A DNA stretch of 64,000 nt, from assembly GCF_009914755.1 (NCBI RefSeq), contig NC_060925.1, one strand, 5' to 3'. Shown piece by piece: positions 15,101-25,921 of the stretch (its first letter is position 1; each line of letters starts with the position of its first letter). Made by a program: the position numbers and the translations under genes. Below the pieces are notes generated by a model. It did no database searches, had not been told where the DNA came from, and saw only the letters and a list, made by a program, of their open reading frames with translations. This stretch comes from the human T2T-CHM13v2.0 reference genome, Homo sapiens.

Positions 15101-17361
15101 GTTAAATTTCATCACCATCTGAAAGAAAATTACTCCGATTTTGTTTAAGCAAGAGAAGAATTCAGCTGAGAAATTATCTAGCAGGCAGCAAAATCAGGGA
15201 GTCACTTCCCATTGCAAAGCAAAAGAAAACAAGGAGCAAGAGTATGGTCCTGGATAGCTGTTTAGACAATCAGACATACTGCTAACATCTCCTTGCCTTA
15301 GAAACTCCGTGATGTTTAAATTAACAATTGGCCACAAGCCAAACACAGGAACACTCAAAAGTTTAGAAGGGTGTGCTGTAATTGGTACCTTAGCAAAACA
15401 CAATAATAAATTAGGAGGATTCAAGAAGCCTTCACTGTAGACTCTAAGAAGATTTAAGATTTGTACCAAGAAACAGGCTTCTAAATCTCTTCTACTGCAT
15501 TAGTTTAGCATCTAAAGAACACCTGTCTAAAAATCAAAATATCTAAATCCTATCCTTTGAGTCAACTTGACTAACACTCAACTTGACTACCTAAAAGCTA
15601 GCTAATAATCGCAGCACCTCAGCAGAGCAGAGGTGGAGGGCATAGTTTTACGCACTGAGATCCTATAATAAAAGAAGCCCTATGTGTCAGAGTAATCCCA
15701 TTTCTGACATATTATTTAATACTTAATTTTTCAAATCACTTTACAATCATATTTATTATTCCCTACAATTCTCTAAAGCAGGTTATTCCTTTAGTCCTGC
15801 TTCATAGGTGAGGAGACTACATATCATGAAGATTAAGTTATTTACCAAAACAAGTTAATGATAGACCAAGGATTATTACCCTCAGACTGTCTCATTGATT
15901 ATACTCCTCTCTATCCTAAAGCTACACTTAAAGCTTTCACTCAAAGAAAAAGGAAAAGCAAAAACACCATCATATATGCTCTTTATTAAATGCTTCAGAA
16001 ACAACAGCTCTGCTTCATCACTACAAAGCCTCCTGGTCCACTTCTGAAATTCTTAGTGACCTAGACGTGTACGAAATTTGAACTTTCCAAGAAGTATCTA
16101 GTTGGTGCTGAACAACCCAGTACTATTTTCGGGTGATAAATAACCTTGTTCTCTTTTTAAACATCTGCGATTGACATGTCGACTGACTGTTAACAATGAA
16201 CAAAGACCATATTTTTCTGAAGCTCATCATCTTCCTAACCTTTTCTTTGAAAACAGATGTAGTTCATGTACTAGTTTTTTGGTGAAGGTAAAAATCTTTA
16301 TTCAGATTAGGCTCAGAAAAAGAAGGGGCTGCTTTCCGTTCAACAAATATGCACAAGACACCATCCCACTGGGAGCATCAATCTCAGAAGCAGTAAAACA
16401 CAGCCTCGGCCCTCAAAGGACTTTCTGAACACCTTTGGAGTGTCATCCGTTTAATATACATTATTTTAATTAATCCTATTAGCTGGATAATTTCATTCCC
16501 ATTTTATTGGTGAGTTCATATAGCAGAGCTGGATTTGAATCCAGGATTACAGAGCAGGGCTCCAAAGCCCAAGTTATTTCCACTAAAGGGTCTGAAGAAA
16601 TGTAGAATCTAAAAGTGTGGGTGGGATGGGGAAGATATGATTTGATTCCCTTTCCTTGGTCCAACCGTGTTAGAAACATCCAACCACAAAGAAGCTTTCT
16701 AAGGAAGCCCTTTGAATTGACGTATCCACTTTTTCTCACCCGCCCGTGCCCCACCCCCAGCCATGCCAAAGGAGCAGCAAATGCTGCTGCCAGGTTGGAG
16801 GAATTGGTGATCGTCACACCACATTCCTGGGTCTGGACACAGCCTGAAACAGCAGCAGAGCTCCGCGCCTCAGAAAGAATAACAGCAGTTGAGATTTTTA
16901 AATCATGTGCCTCAGCATGCAGCCACACCAGTTGCCCTACTTCTCCTGCCTCCACCTTTCAAAGACGCGAGCAGCACACCCGGCTCCTCCGGACTTTCGG
17001 TGGGGTTGGAGTGTCAAAACTCAGGCGCGCCGCAAAACCCCGTCCCCATCCAAACCAAGCCCACACACCCGGCCCATGTGCCGCCCCCTGGCAAAGGCGA
17101 GGCTGGCTGCGAAGGTGCAGGCCGTTTGGCTTGGCGGCCCTGCCCCCGCTCTCCACGCCAGAATCTGGCATTCCTTCGCTCAGCCCCTCCGAGGCCCGCC
17201 GTCGGCTCTCGCTCGACCCCAGGAAACGCGGAACCTGAAGGGCAAAACTGCCCACCTCCCTGCACCCTGGCACTACGAAAAAGGAGTTTCTGAGACTTGC
17301 TGCCGGCCTCCCTCCTGCCGAGGAGGCGTGTGAGGGGTCCCGGGCCGCGGGGAGCAGAGGC

Positions 17362-17408
17362 GGCGGGGAACCCCGGCGGTTGGCGGGGAACCCCGGCGGT
17401 TGGCGGGG
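17362..17408. repeat. 20-bp tandem duplication (ggcggggaaccccggcggtt x2.3)
   Basis: Two exact copies at 17362-17381 and 17382-17401 plus a partial ggcgggg. Confidence 0.9.
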
Positions 17409-17584
17409 CACCACGGGAGGGGCCCCCGGCGATGTCCAAACTCTCGGGAACCCAGCGAGTGGCCTCGCTCCGCGCCGGCGGCCGAGCCTGGCCTTCCCAC
17501 ACAGAGAAGGACCGAGGGGGAGAAGGGTCGCCCCAGGTGGCAGCCCCGGGCGCCGCGGACAGCGCCCCTCAGCCCGATACTCAC

Positions 17585-17657
17585 CATGCGCGGGGGTCGC
17601 GCAGCACAGCCAGAGCGCCAGCAGCGCCCACAGCAGAGCGGGGCGCAGGGCGGGTAT
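17585..17657 (-). CDS. NOTCH2NLA: NOTCH2NL exon 1 coding segment (signal peptide), start-lost ATA (M1I) allele; NOTCH2NLA-type
   Basis: Translates as [24 protein letters not shown] + G|GTGAGT, i.e. the NOTCH2 signal peptide ([24 protein letters not shown]) with ATG>ATA at 17657-17655 and A21T. It is 73 nt long (phase 1) with a canonical donor at 17584. Family call is near certain; A versus gene-converted B is not resolvable by eye. Confidence 0.8.
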
Positions 17658-17712
17658 CTTCTCGGTCGCCTCCTCCGCCGCCGCCGCCGCCGCCGCCTGG
17701 GCAGATCCACAT
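17585..17712 (-). CDS. Upstream ORF, poly-glycine (uN2C-like), exon 1 portion
   Basis: ATG at 17712-17710 reads MWICPGGGGGGGGGGDREDTRPAPRSAVGAAGALAVLRDPRA; same N-terminus as the NOTCH2NLC uN2C uORF; out of frame with the main ORF (55 nt upstream). Confidence 0.7.
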
Positions 17713-17912
17713 GGGGAGGGGGTCCCGATAGAGGAGCCCCACTCTCTCCTCCCCTCCTCCTGCTTCAAAGGCTCAGGCCCTGGCGCTACGCTCCGAAGCC
17801 CAGCGCAAATGCCTCGACTCCCCGCGCCCCGAGTCCGCCGCTCCTCGGCCGCCGCCTCAGCCGCCGCCCGAAGTTTGGCTGAAACTTTCTCGGGTGTGCA
17901 GCGAAGCAGCCT
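17658..17912 (-). other. NOTCH2NLA: 5'UTR part of NOTCH2NL exon 1 (TSS approximate)
   Basis: Sequence AGGCTGCTTCGCTGCACACCCGAGAAAGTTTCAGCC...GACCGAGAAG resembles the NOTCH2 mRNA leader as I recall it; the exact TSS is not determinable from sequence. Confidence 0.7.
17668..17697 (-). repeat. (GGC)7(GGA)2(GGC)1 trinucleotide repeat in 5'UTR
   Basis: Counted directly: plus strand gcc tcc tcc (gcc)7; non-expanded; paralogous to the NOTCH2NLC NIID repeat. Confidence 0.95.
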
Positions 17913-18415
17913 CGTGTGTCCTTCCGCCTCAGCCGCCTCCTCCCACCGCAAGCCCCGCCCCACTGTCGCCGCGGCCTCGGCCCCGCCGCCTTGGGCACCC
18001 AGGGGTTTCCCGCAGGAAGAAGCGCCGGCCCGAGCTCCGCGCGGAGGGATCTACTACGAGTCACTGGCCCCGTCCGCATCCTTCTCCAGCGGCCCCGGGG
18101 GCCGCCGCGCCTTAACTCGATCAGGGCTGCAGCGGCTCGCTGGCTTGACCAGTGCAGAAGGGGCGTGGGGGTGAGGGGGGTGGGGTAGGACTCTGAACTT
18201 CAAGCACTGGAGTTTGCCGGGATCGTGAACTTGCAGGGAGAGGCGGTCCTCATCCAGTGAGGTCTGTATCGCCACCTACACCCACACATCCACACACTGC
18301 TTTGCTAGCTAGAGGAATGCTCTGGAGTAGGACCAGTGCTGTCAAAGAAGGAAAGTGGGCCAAGGCGCCAAAGTCCATTAAAAAGGAATAGAGCCATCAC
18401 GGAGTGGTGCTGCCC

Positions 18416-18625
18416 CATTCATTCATTCATTTGTTCATCCGTGTAGCGAATATTTCTTAAGTGCCTTACTTTGCGTAGCTGTGTGCTTGGCAGTGGGATG
18501 ATACCAAAGATGCACAAGCAACTTTGAGTACCAAGACTTTGCCGCTGTGGGCTGGGGGATTCAGGGAAGGCTTTCCCAGAGGAGCTGGGATGAAAGCAGG
18601 ATCTTGAAAGGTCAGTAAAATTTGT
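18416..18625 (-). mobile_element. L2 3' end fragment
   Basis: (cattcatt)n tail followed by typical reverse L2 sequence. Confidence 0.55.
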
Positions 18626-18654
18626 ATAAGACAAGGAGACCAGCTAAGCTAAGG

Positions 18655-18970
18655 ATATTCGTTGTAACACTGTAATAGCAAAACCTTGAAAACAACATAA
18701 ATGCCCACCCTTAGAGGAATGGATGAATAATGTATGGTATATTTATAAAATGAAATGCAACACAGTAATTGAAAAGACTATAGCTATTTATGTCAATAGG
18801 GATAAATCTTAAAAACTAAATGACAGTGAAAATAATCGCAGAGGGAGACAAAGTATACCATTTATGTATATTTTTTTCAAGACAATACTACACATTATCT
18901 GTGGATGCATATATATAGATATAGATATTAAGAGACTATAACCAGAATAGTAGTTACTTCCAGGGCAGGA
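18655..18970 (+). mobile_element. Ancient L1M fragment
   Basis: gtaatagcaaaaccttgaaaacaacataaatgcccacc...gaatggatgaataatgtatggtatat resembles the L1 ORF2 end / 3'UTR. Confidence 0.55.
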
Positions 18971-20432
18971 GAGTAGGGGGTGTGATCAAACCTGGGTACA
19001 AGTGGGCTTCTAAGAAAAGAGCTAAAAGTAAGAACAACAACAATAGTTGTATGGACATATCATTCCAGGAAAGAGCCCTCGTGAAAGCAAAGGTACAGTC
19101 AGAAGAGTAAGTAAATGAGTTCTGTCTCTGTTAGCAGTGAGAGGAGTCAAGGACGGAAAGGGGGTTGGGACCAAATTATGCAGCCTTGAATGGCAAGCTG
19201 AAAGGGTGGGGAGGCAGCTACCTCTTAGGTCACATAAAACTATTGAAAGTTTTTGAACAGAGTTGAGATTGATGGAAAGGAAGATTGCTCTGATAATTCT
19301 GTAGAAAATTGATTGTTGGGAGCAAGAGGTGAACTGGAGCCCCAGGACCAGTCAAGAGTTGGTGAACAGTCCAGGCACAAATTTAAGAAGACCTGAACTA
19401 ATAAGGTAGATTTCAGAAGGAATGAATCTGAGACAATGTTAAAGAAACAGAAAAAAAAAATGGAGGTGTGACTAATTGGATGTGGGAGTTTACAATCCTG
19501 TTGGGATGAGAAATCCTACCCATAGAACCTCTCCCTGACTCCTATAGGATAAAATTCAAACTTCTAAACATGGTACATACAAGGCCTTTTCGTCATTGGG
19601 CCCCATCTCCTGTCCTCCCTGCCCCTGTTGTGAACTTCACACAATAACAGTATTACTTGAGATTCCCCCAAACATATCTTGCTGTTTCTGTCCCTGTATC
19701 TTTTGTTCCTTTGGCTTGGAATGACTCCTGTAGTCCCCTTCCCTCCTCCTCTTAATGAACTTCTAATCATAATTCATCCTTCAGTCCAAAGAAGGCTTTG
19801 CCGACACCACAATAAATTCCTCCCTCTAACAGACAGTCCCTCCACTGTCTTCCACTGCCGCTTCTTTATCTTAACACCGATACTTATTTTTCACACAGGA
19901 CTCTTTGTATTTCTGTGTTCTCAACTAAGTTTTGAGGTCCTCATGGGCAAAGACCACAGCCTATTAATCCCCAGTGTCTATCACATAATAGATGTTGAAC
20001 TAGAATGTAAAACAACACTAAGCAAGTACAAGTCAGTATGGGCATAGACCTATGAAGTTCCAAAACTGCATGTTAACAAGCACTTTAGGTAAGCAAGTAT
20101 CATTAGTGAAAGTAGTCACATTGAAATACTGGAAACCCTTTTCAAAAATAACGTAGTCAAAATATTTTTGGAATTTGTCTTGTGCAAGTATGTTCAGAGA
20201 AAGATAACATTATTTTTCAGTTGTTTACCCACAGTGTTACCAGTTCGATCTTCCTCTTTACTCACTAAAGATAATTCATAGTGACTTGGCTGCATACAAA
20301 TTTTAAAAATCACCTGCAAAGATAAGTTTTGTCACTATTAAAATATATTCAGAAGAATATAAGATAGTTATCCCCAAAGAGCAACTCTAGAAGCGACTGT
20401 AGCTATGACAACATTATTAAAATAAATGTGCA

Positions 20433-20733
20433 GGCCAGGCGTGGCGGCTTATGTCATAATCCCAGCACTTTGGGAAGCTGAGGTGGGCAGATCACCTGAG
20501 GTCAGGAGTTCGAGACCAGCCTGGCCAACATGTTGAAAACCCGTCTCTACTAAAAATACCAAAAATTAGCCGGGCATGGTGGCGAGCACCTGTAATCCCA
20601 GCTACTCAGGAGACTGAGGCAGTAGAATCACTTGAACCCAGGAGGCAGAGATTGCAGTGAGCCAAGATCGTGCCACTGTACTCCAGCCTGGACAACAAGA
20701 GTGAAACTCCGTCTCAAAAAAAAAAAAAAAAAA
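20433..20733 (+). mobile_element. AluS
   Basis: Full dimer with poly-A tail. Confidence 0.92.
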
Positions 20734-21469
20734 ATAGGTATGCAGTTTCTCAAAGTAACCGTTTTAAAGAAAGCAGCTATTATGTTCACATATAACTTTT
20801 GTTGAATGTGTTACAATATGAAAACTTACTGCATACATTCTGGTAAGGACAAGAGAAGTAAAGAGTAAATATGAATGGAAGTAAGGGAAAAATATGACTG
20901 AAGACATTTTTTAAAGATAAGTTTTAATGATAGAAAAATATGAGTAAGGGCTACCAATTGTTTTAGTTTTAATCAAAACTAAAAATATACATCTATGTCT
21001 TTACTGATTTAAACTCACATAAAACTGCCTTCCAAAATAAATGCAGAATTGGGCACTTATTTGTTCTCATGTCTGTCCTCTCAGAGCCGACAAGCTGTAA
21101 AAAACTCTCAAAATAAAACTCTGTTTTATTTTCTGTTTTGCCCCGGTTTCTATCACATAAGTGCTCAATAATATATGTTTTACATAAATGCTGAATGAGG
21201 AACATATATATCTATATAAACTGGGGAGCAGTGCAAGACTGGAAGAATGTCTTGGTGTGTTGGAGAAGTTGAAGAAGAGATTGTGGGATAGCTATGACAC
21301 ATAGATTGAGCTACACCACGAATCTCTCCATGTAACCCAGGAACCCAAGGATATGTGATGAGATGTTTGTGGAAGCAGGAATTAAAAGGAAGATTTCTTT
21401 TAATAATGCCTTGCAGTTGCACAGTGATTTAGACCTTCCAAAAACACTTTTAATTATATTATCTCATTT

Positions 21470-21600
21470 GATCCTCAAAACAATCGTGGGAAATAGGCAC
21501 CCCAGTCATTATTATCCCCATTTTGCAGATGAAGAAACTGAGATAGAGCTTTAAGTATCTTGCCCAAGGTTAAATAAGTAATTAGTGAGCTGAGACAAAC
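21470..21600 (-). mobile_element. MIR
   Basis: attatccccattttgcagatgaagaaactgag...cttgcccaaggt. Confidence 0.65.
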
Positions 21601-22352
21601 CCCCCACTATTTCTGTCCTCTTACTCAGTCTCACTCCACTGTACCTTTGTGCAACAATGTGAAGCACATCCAAGATGATATTTAGTGTGGGGACCTCTGC
21701 GTAGAGGGACACCAGTTTCTTGTCACTTCCATATTAGCACAGAACAAGCTGGCCCACTGTAACTAGGAAACATAAACAAGTGAATACATTCTTTTAATTT
21801 AAAATTTTTTTGAGAGCCTGTTCTCTATAAAGCACATACTAGGCTCTGCGGCAATGCAGAAATAAATAAAACCTAGTCCCTGTTCTTTGGAGATCACAGA
21901 GCAGTGAGGCAGGCCAACATACAAATAACATAACTACAACAGAGATAAAGCACAGGGATATGGGAAAGTAGAGAGCACTGGGATTAATTTTGAGTCCACT
22001 TTCCTCTCATCCAGTCCCCAGCCTGAAAGATATGAACTGTGGTGGCCCACACAGCTGGACTGTAAACCATGTGACAAGAGTCATTTCTTACCCCTTATTC
22101 ATGTTTGTAAACTCCACAGTAGTTGGTTCTTTGCCTTGCATAGAGTATGTGCTCAATAAAGACCTACTTTCTGAAAGGTTCACAGAGTTCAGCCAAACAC
22201 AGGACAAGTTCTAGAAGGCAAGACGTTAACCTCAAGATTCAAACTAGCTCTGAGAATTAAGAACCAGCCAGACCCTTCCACTGAGCCTAGACCCAATTAA
22301 TTACCTCTGCTCTAATTAAGGGAATCAGTAATGTAAGTAATTGTAATATGGG

Positions 22353-22717
22353 CGATATAGTTTGCCTGTGTCCCCACCCAATATCTTATTTTGAATTGTA
22401 ATCCCCATGTGTCAAGGGAGAGACCAGGTGGAGGTAATTGAATCATGGGGGCGGTTTCTCCCATGCTGTTCTCCTGATAATGAGCGAGTTCACGAGATCT
22501 GATGGTTTTATGTGTTTGGTAGTTCCTCCTGCATTAATTTTCCTTCATGCTGCCTTATGAAGAAGGTACCTTGCTTCCCCTTTGCCTTCTGCCATGATTG
22601 TTAAATTTCCTGAGGCCTTCCCAGCCATGCTAAACTGTGAGTCAGTTAACCTGTTTCCTTTATAAATTACCCAGTCTTGGGCAGTTCTTTACAGCACTGT
22701 GAAGACAGACTAATACA
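22353..22717 (+). mobile_element. THE1-family (ERVL-MaLR) solo LTR
   Basis: cgatatagtttgcctgtgtccccacccaa...cagactaataca; near-TSD atggg/gtggg. Confidence 0.88.
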
Positions 22718-22780
22718 GTGGGCTTGTTGACATAGTTTTGCCCTTTTATGAATGTGATTATCTCAATTTTATTATGTTAA

Positions 22781-23078
22781 GGAAGGACACAGTGGCCCAC
22801 ACCTGTAATCCCAACACTTTGGGAGTCCAAGGCAGAAGGATGGCTTGAGCCCAGGAGTTCAAGACCAGGCTGGGCCACAAAGTGAGACCCTGTCTCTACA
22901 AAAAATTAAAAAACTAACTGGGCATGGTGATGCATGTCTCTAGTCCCAGCTACTCGGGAGGCTGAGGTGGGAGGACCACTTGATCCCAGGAGGTTGAGGC
23001 TGCAGTGAACCATGTTACCACTGCTGCATTTCAGCTCGGGTGACAGAGCAAGACCCTGTCAAAAAAAAAAAAAAAAAA
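22781..23078 (+). mobile_element. AluJ
   Basis: Diverged dimer, gcttgagcccaggagttcaagacc, poly-A tail. Confidence 0.88.
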
Positions 23079-23640
23079 CTTACCTAGAAATTTCACATCT
23101 TCTGCTATGCTTGAGATAAGCAGGAAAATTCATATAGGAATGCTCACTGTATCACTCCCTTAAAATCTTCTTTTAAGCATTTTATGCTAGGAGGTATTAC
23201 ACTTCAATTCCTAAGTAGGTGTGTACTTTTTGTATATAATGATGTATGAAAAGGTTGACCTGTATGCACCAAGATGTCTCCCCAATTTAACAGTATCATA
23301 AATTCACAACTGTGTAATTATCAAACCACAGTATTATTGGATGAGTCTCAGTGCTTTAGTCACTAAAATGGTTATGCAATTTTGAATATTTATTGACGTT
23401 GTTCTCAGGGACTGTTGAATTGTTTTTACTCACATTCTTATATTCTTCCTTCATAATTAGCCAAGACATTCTTGACAGCAAGATTCAGGCATACAGAAAG
23501 TTTCTACTTCAAAATATGGAAAATCTTCTTACCATCTAGGTGCAGATCATATCTAAGTCCCCCGAAGAAAAAGAAAATGGAAACTTTTCTTACTAAGTGG
23601 AATTCAAAATGGTTAACTAAGTATGAGAGAGGGGACATCA

Positions 23641-23984
<344 letters not shown>

Positions 23985-24885
23985 TGCATTAAAAATCTCC
24001 TTCTAAGTAAGTAATTCATTGGGAGATAATTAATGGCTGGAAACAGGTATTTATAATGGAAGCATACATGGCCTTAACGATAGGGTTTGCTTCTGAAAAC
24101 ACTCTAATTAAAAAGGGGAAGAGTAATTTTATAGGAAAGTACAAATCAGTGGTGTGTATGTCTACCAGTGTGTGCAAAGAGACAGAGGTGGTAATTGCTG
24201 GACTCAGACCAGGTATCAGCAACAACTAAACATAATGACCTTATAAATATGCAGATAGGATTTCTGACAAAGCTAAAAGTACATCATTATTATTATTCAT
24301 CAATGTGGAATGGAATGTGAAATTGGAATCAGCAGGTAAGGGGTGGTTGTACCTGAATATCCTGGATACCAACTTGTTTTTGTTTTTAATCATTCTAATC
24401 TCTGTTAAGAATAATGTCACATGACTACTTTATCCTCTTTCTCAGACCACTGATCCAACCATTTTTCTTTCACACTTTTGCCTCCTTTCCTCTTATAACA
24501 GGTACTAACAGTCTAAGCAGAAAAAGAAGAACAGATGGTGGTAAGACCTAGAATGTTTACCCCATTAAGATCTATATCTGAATCCAGAAGGAACACCTCA
24601 TTGCCGAGAAGAGCCCTGCAGACAGTTCACACCTCTGTTTCTTTTGCAAGATATAGCTACCTCAAAAAATCCTTTCTTGATCAAACTCTTATGGCCTGGA
24701 ATCCTTGCGTTTCTGCTGATGACTGTCATTTTAGAGTACTTACTAAAGACAATGGTTGGGGAAATAGATATTTTAAAAATAAGGGAAAAAGTGGGTAGGG
24801 TAAACCCAGGCTTACTTATGTAAACTCTGAGTGCTGAAGTTAGAAGACAACTTTTAAGATTAAAAAAAAAAAAAAAAAAAAAGAT

Positions 24886-25054
24886 TTCTGGTAGCCGCCA
24901 GAAGCTAAGAACAGATTCTCCCTCTGAGCCTCCAGAACCCAGATGACACCTTGATTTCAGACTTCTGGCCTCCAAAACTGTGAGAGAAGAAATGTGTTGT
25001 TTTAAGGCACCCAGCTGGTGACAGTTCATCACAGTAGCCACAGGAAACTAATAC
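24886..25054 (+). mobile_element. MLT1 (MaLR) LTR 3' part
   Basis: caccttgatttcagacttctggcctccaaaactgtgagag...ggaaactaatac. Confidence 0.75.
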
Positions 25055-25921
25055 CCAGCCCCATGGCAGGCATAGGTCAAGCCTGGCACAGTCTGGATCT
25101 CAGTCCCTGACTCAGACCCTGGATGCTCGCTGCCTTGTACAGAAACAACCTGCTCAACCAAACAGGGTGACCCTGCTGAAGCCGCAAATGTCCAACAGTC
25201 CTGCCAACCGTGGATGCTTCTGTAGCTTCCCTTTAGCTCTCCCTCCTGGCATGAAACCAGACACAGACTACCCAGAAGATGAACTGAGCACTCTGCAATG
25301 GGCCCAGCACGCTGCTGCATCTGAGACCATCTTCTCGGCCCTAACAACCCTGGCAGGCTCTTCTCTCTGGTGGGGAAATTGGGCTTAGGGAAAGGACATC
25401 TTTAGGACAGTCATCCCACCAAGTAGAATGACTCTATGCAGCCTGAATACTGTTTCCCTGGGAGGAAAAAAATCCAAAGCATAAACTTTTATAAGCTGTT
25501 TTAATTAAAACACTCTTTGTAAAGTGATGTATTTGAAGCAAGGGAGGAGAAAGGTTTTCTGGCAAAAGTGTCTTTTGTGGTGTTTCTTTGGTGAGCAAAA
25601 GGAACTCAACTGATGAAAACACCAAAGCACAAACATTCTGTGGCCAGTAAAGTGGGTGGAGGGGGCAATGGAGACAACCTCAGGTGGGGCCCAGCTTGTA
25701 ACGCTGGCAGGGCTCTGTTAATGTGCTCCATAAAGGGCTTTGGAGGGCAGGAGGAGCACCACCAACATTTTAAATGTGAGGCCAACCATAAAACGATTCA
25801 TGATTAGTCCACTAAAATGTGTTTATTGGCAAATAGGAAAGAGATCCCTGAAAATAAGCAGGAACAGGTGATTTTCAAGGCTGACTTAGGTCTCCTATTC
25901 AGCTACTCAACAATTATATCC

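Larger units (their letters stand above)
16950..18250. promoter_or_regulatory. CpG island / NOTCH2NL promoter
   Basis: Abrupt rise in GC and CpG density around exon 1, GC boxes (ccccgccc at ~17953-17960 and nearby), no evident TATA box. Confidence 0.9.

Noticed and set aside
16959-17584. Continuation of the 334-aa ORF past ...TPAH into GEYRAEGR...
   Set aside because: Read-through beyond the GTGAGT donor into GC-rich intron; not NOTCH coding.
17585-17712. Identification as NOTCH2 or NOTCH2NLC
   Set aside because: NOTCH2 has ATG and Ala21; NOTCH2NLC has a 2-bp exon-1 deletion. Here the codon is ATA, residue 21 is Thr, and the 73-nt coding length is intact.
16479-18275. Many other long overlapping ORFs (e.g. 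16615-17238, 17380-18174)
   Set aside because: Non-ATG starts, low-complexity Arg/Pro/Gly/Ala content, expected from stop-codon scarcity in a CpG island.
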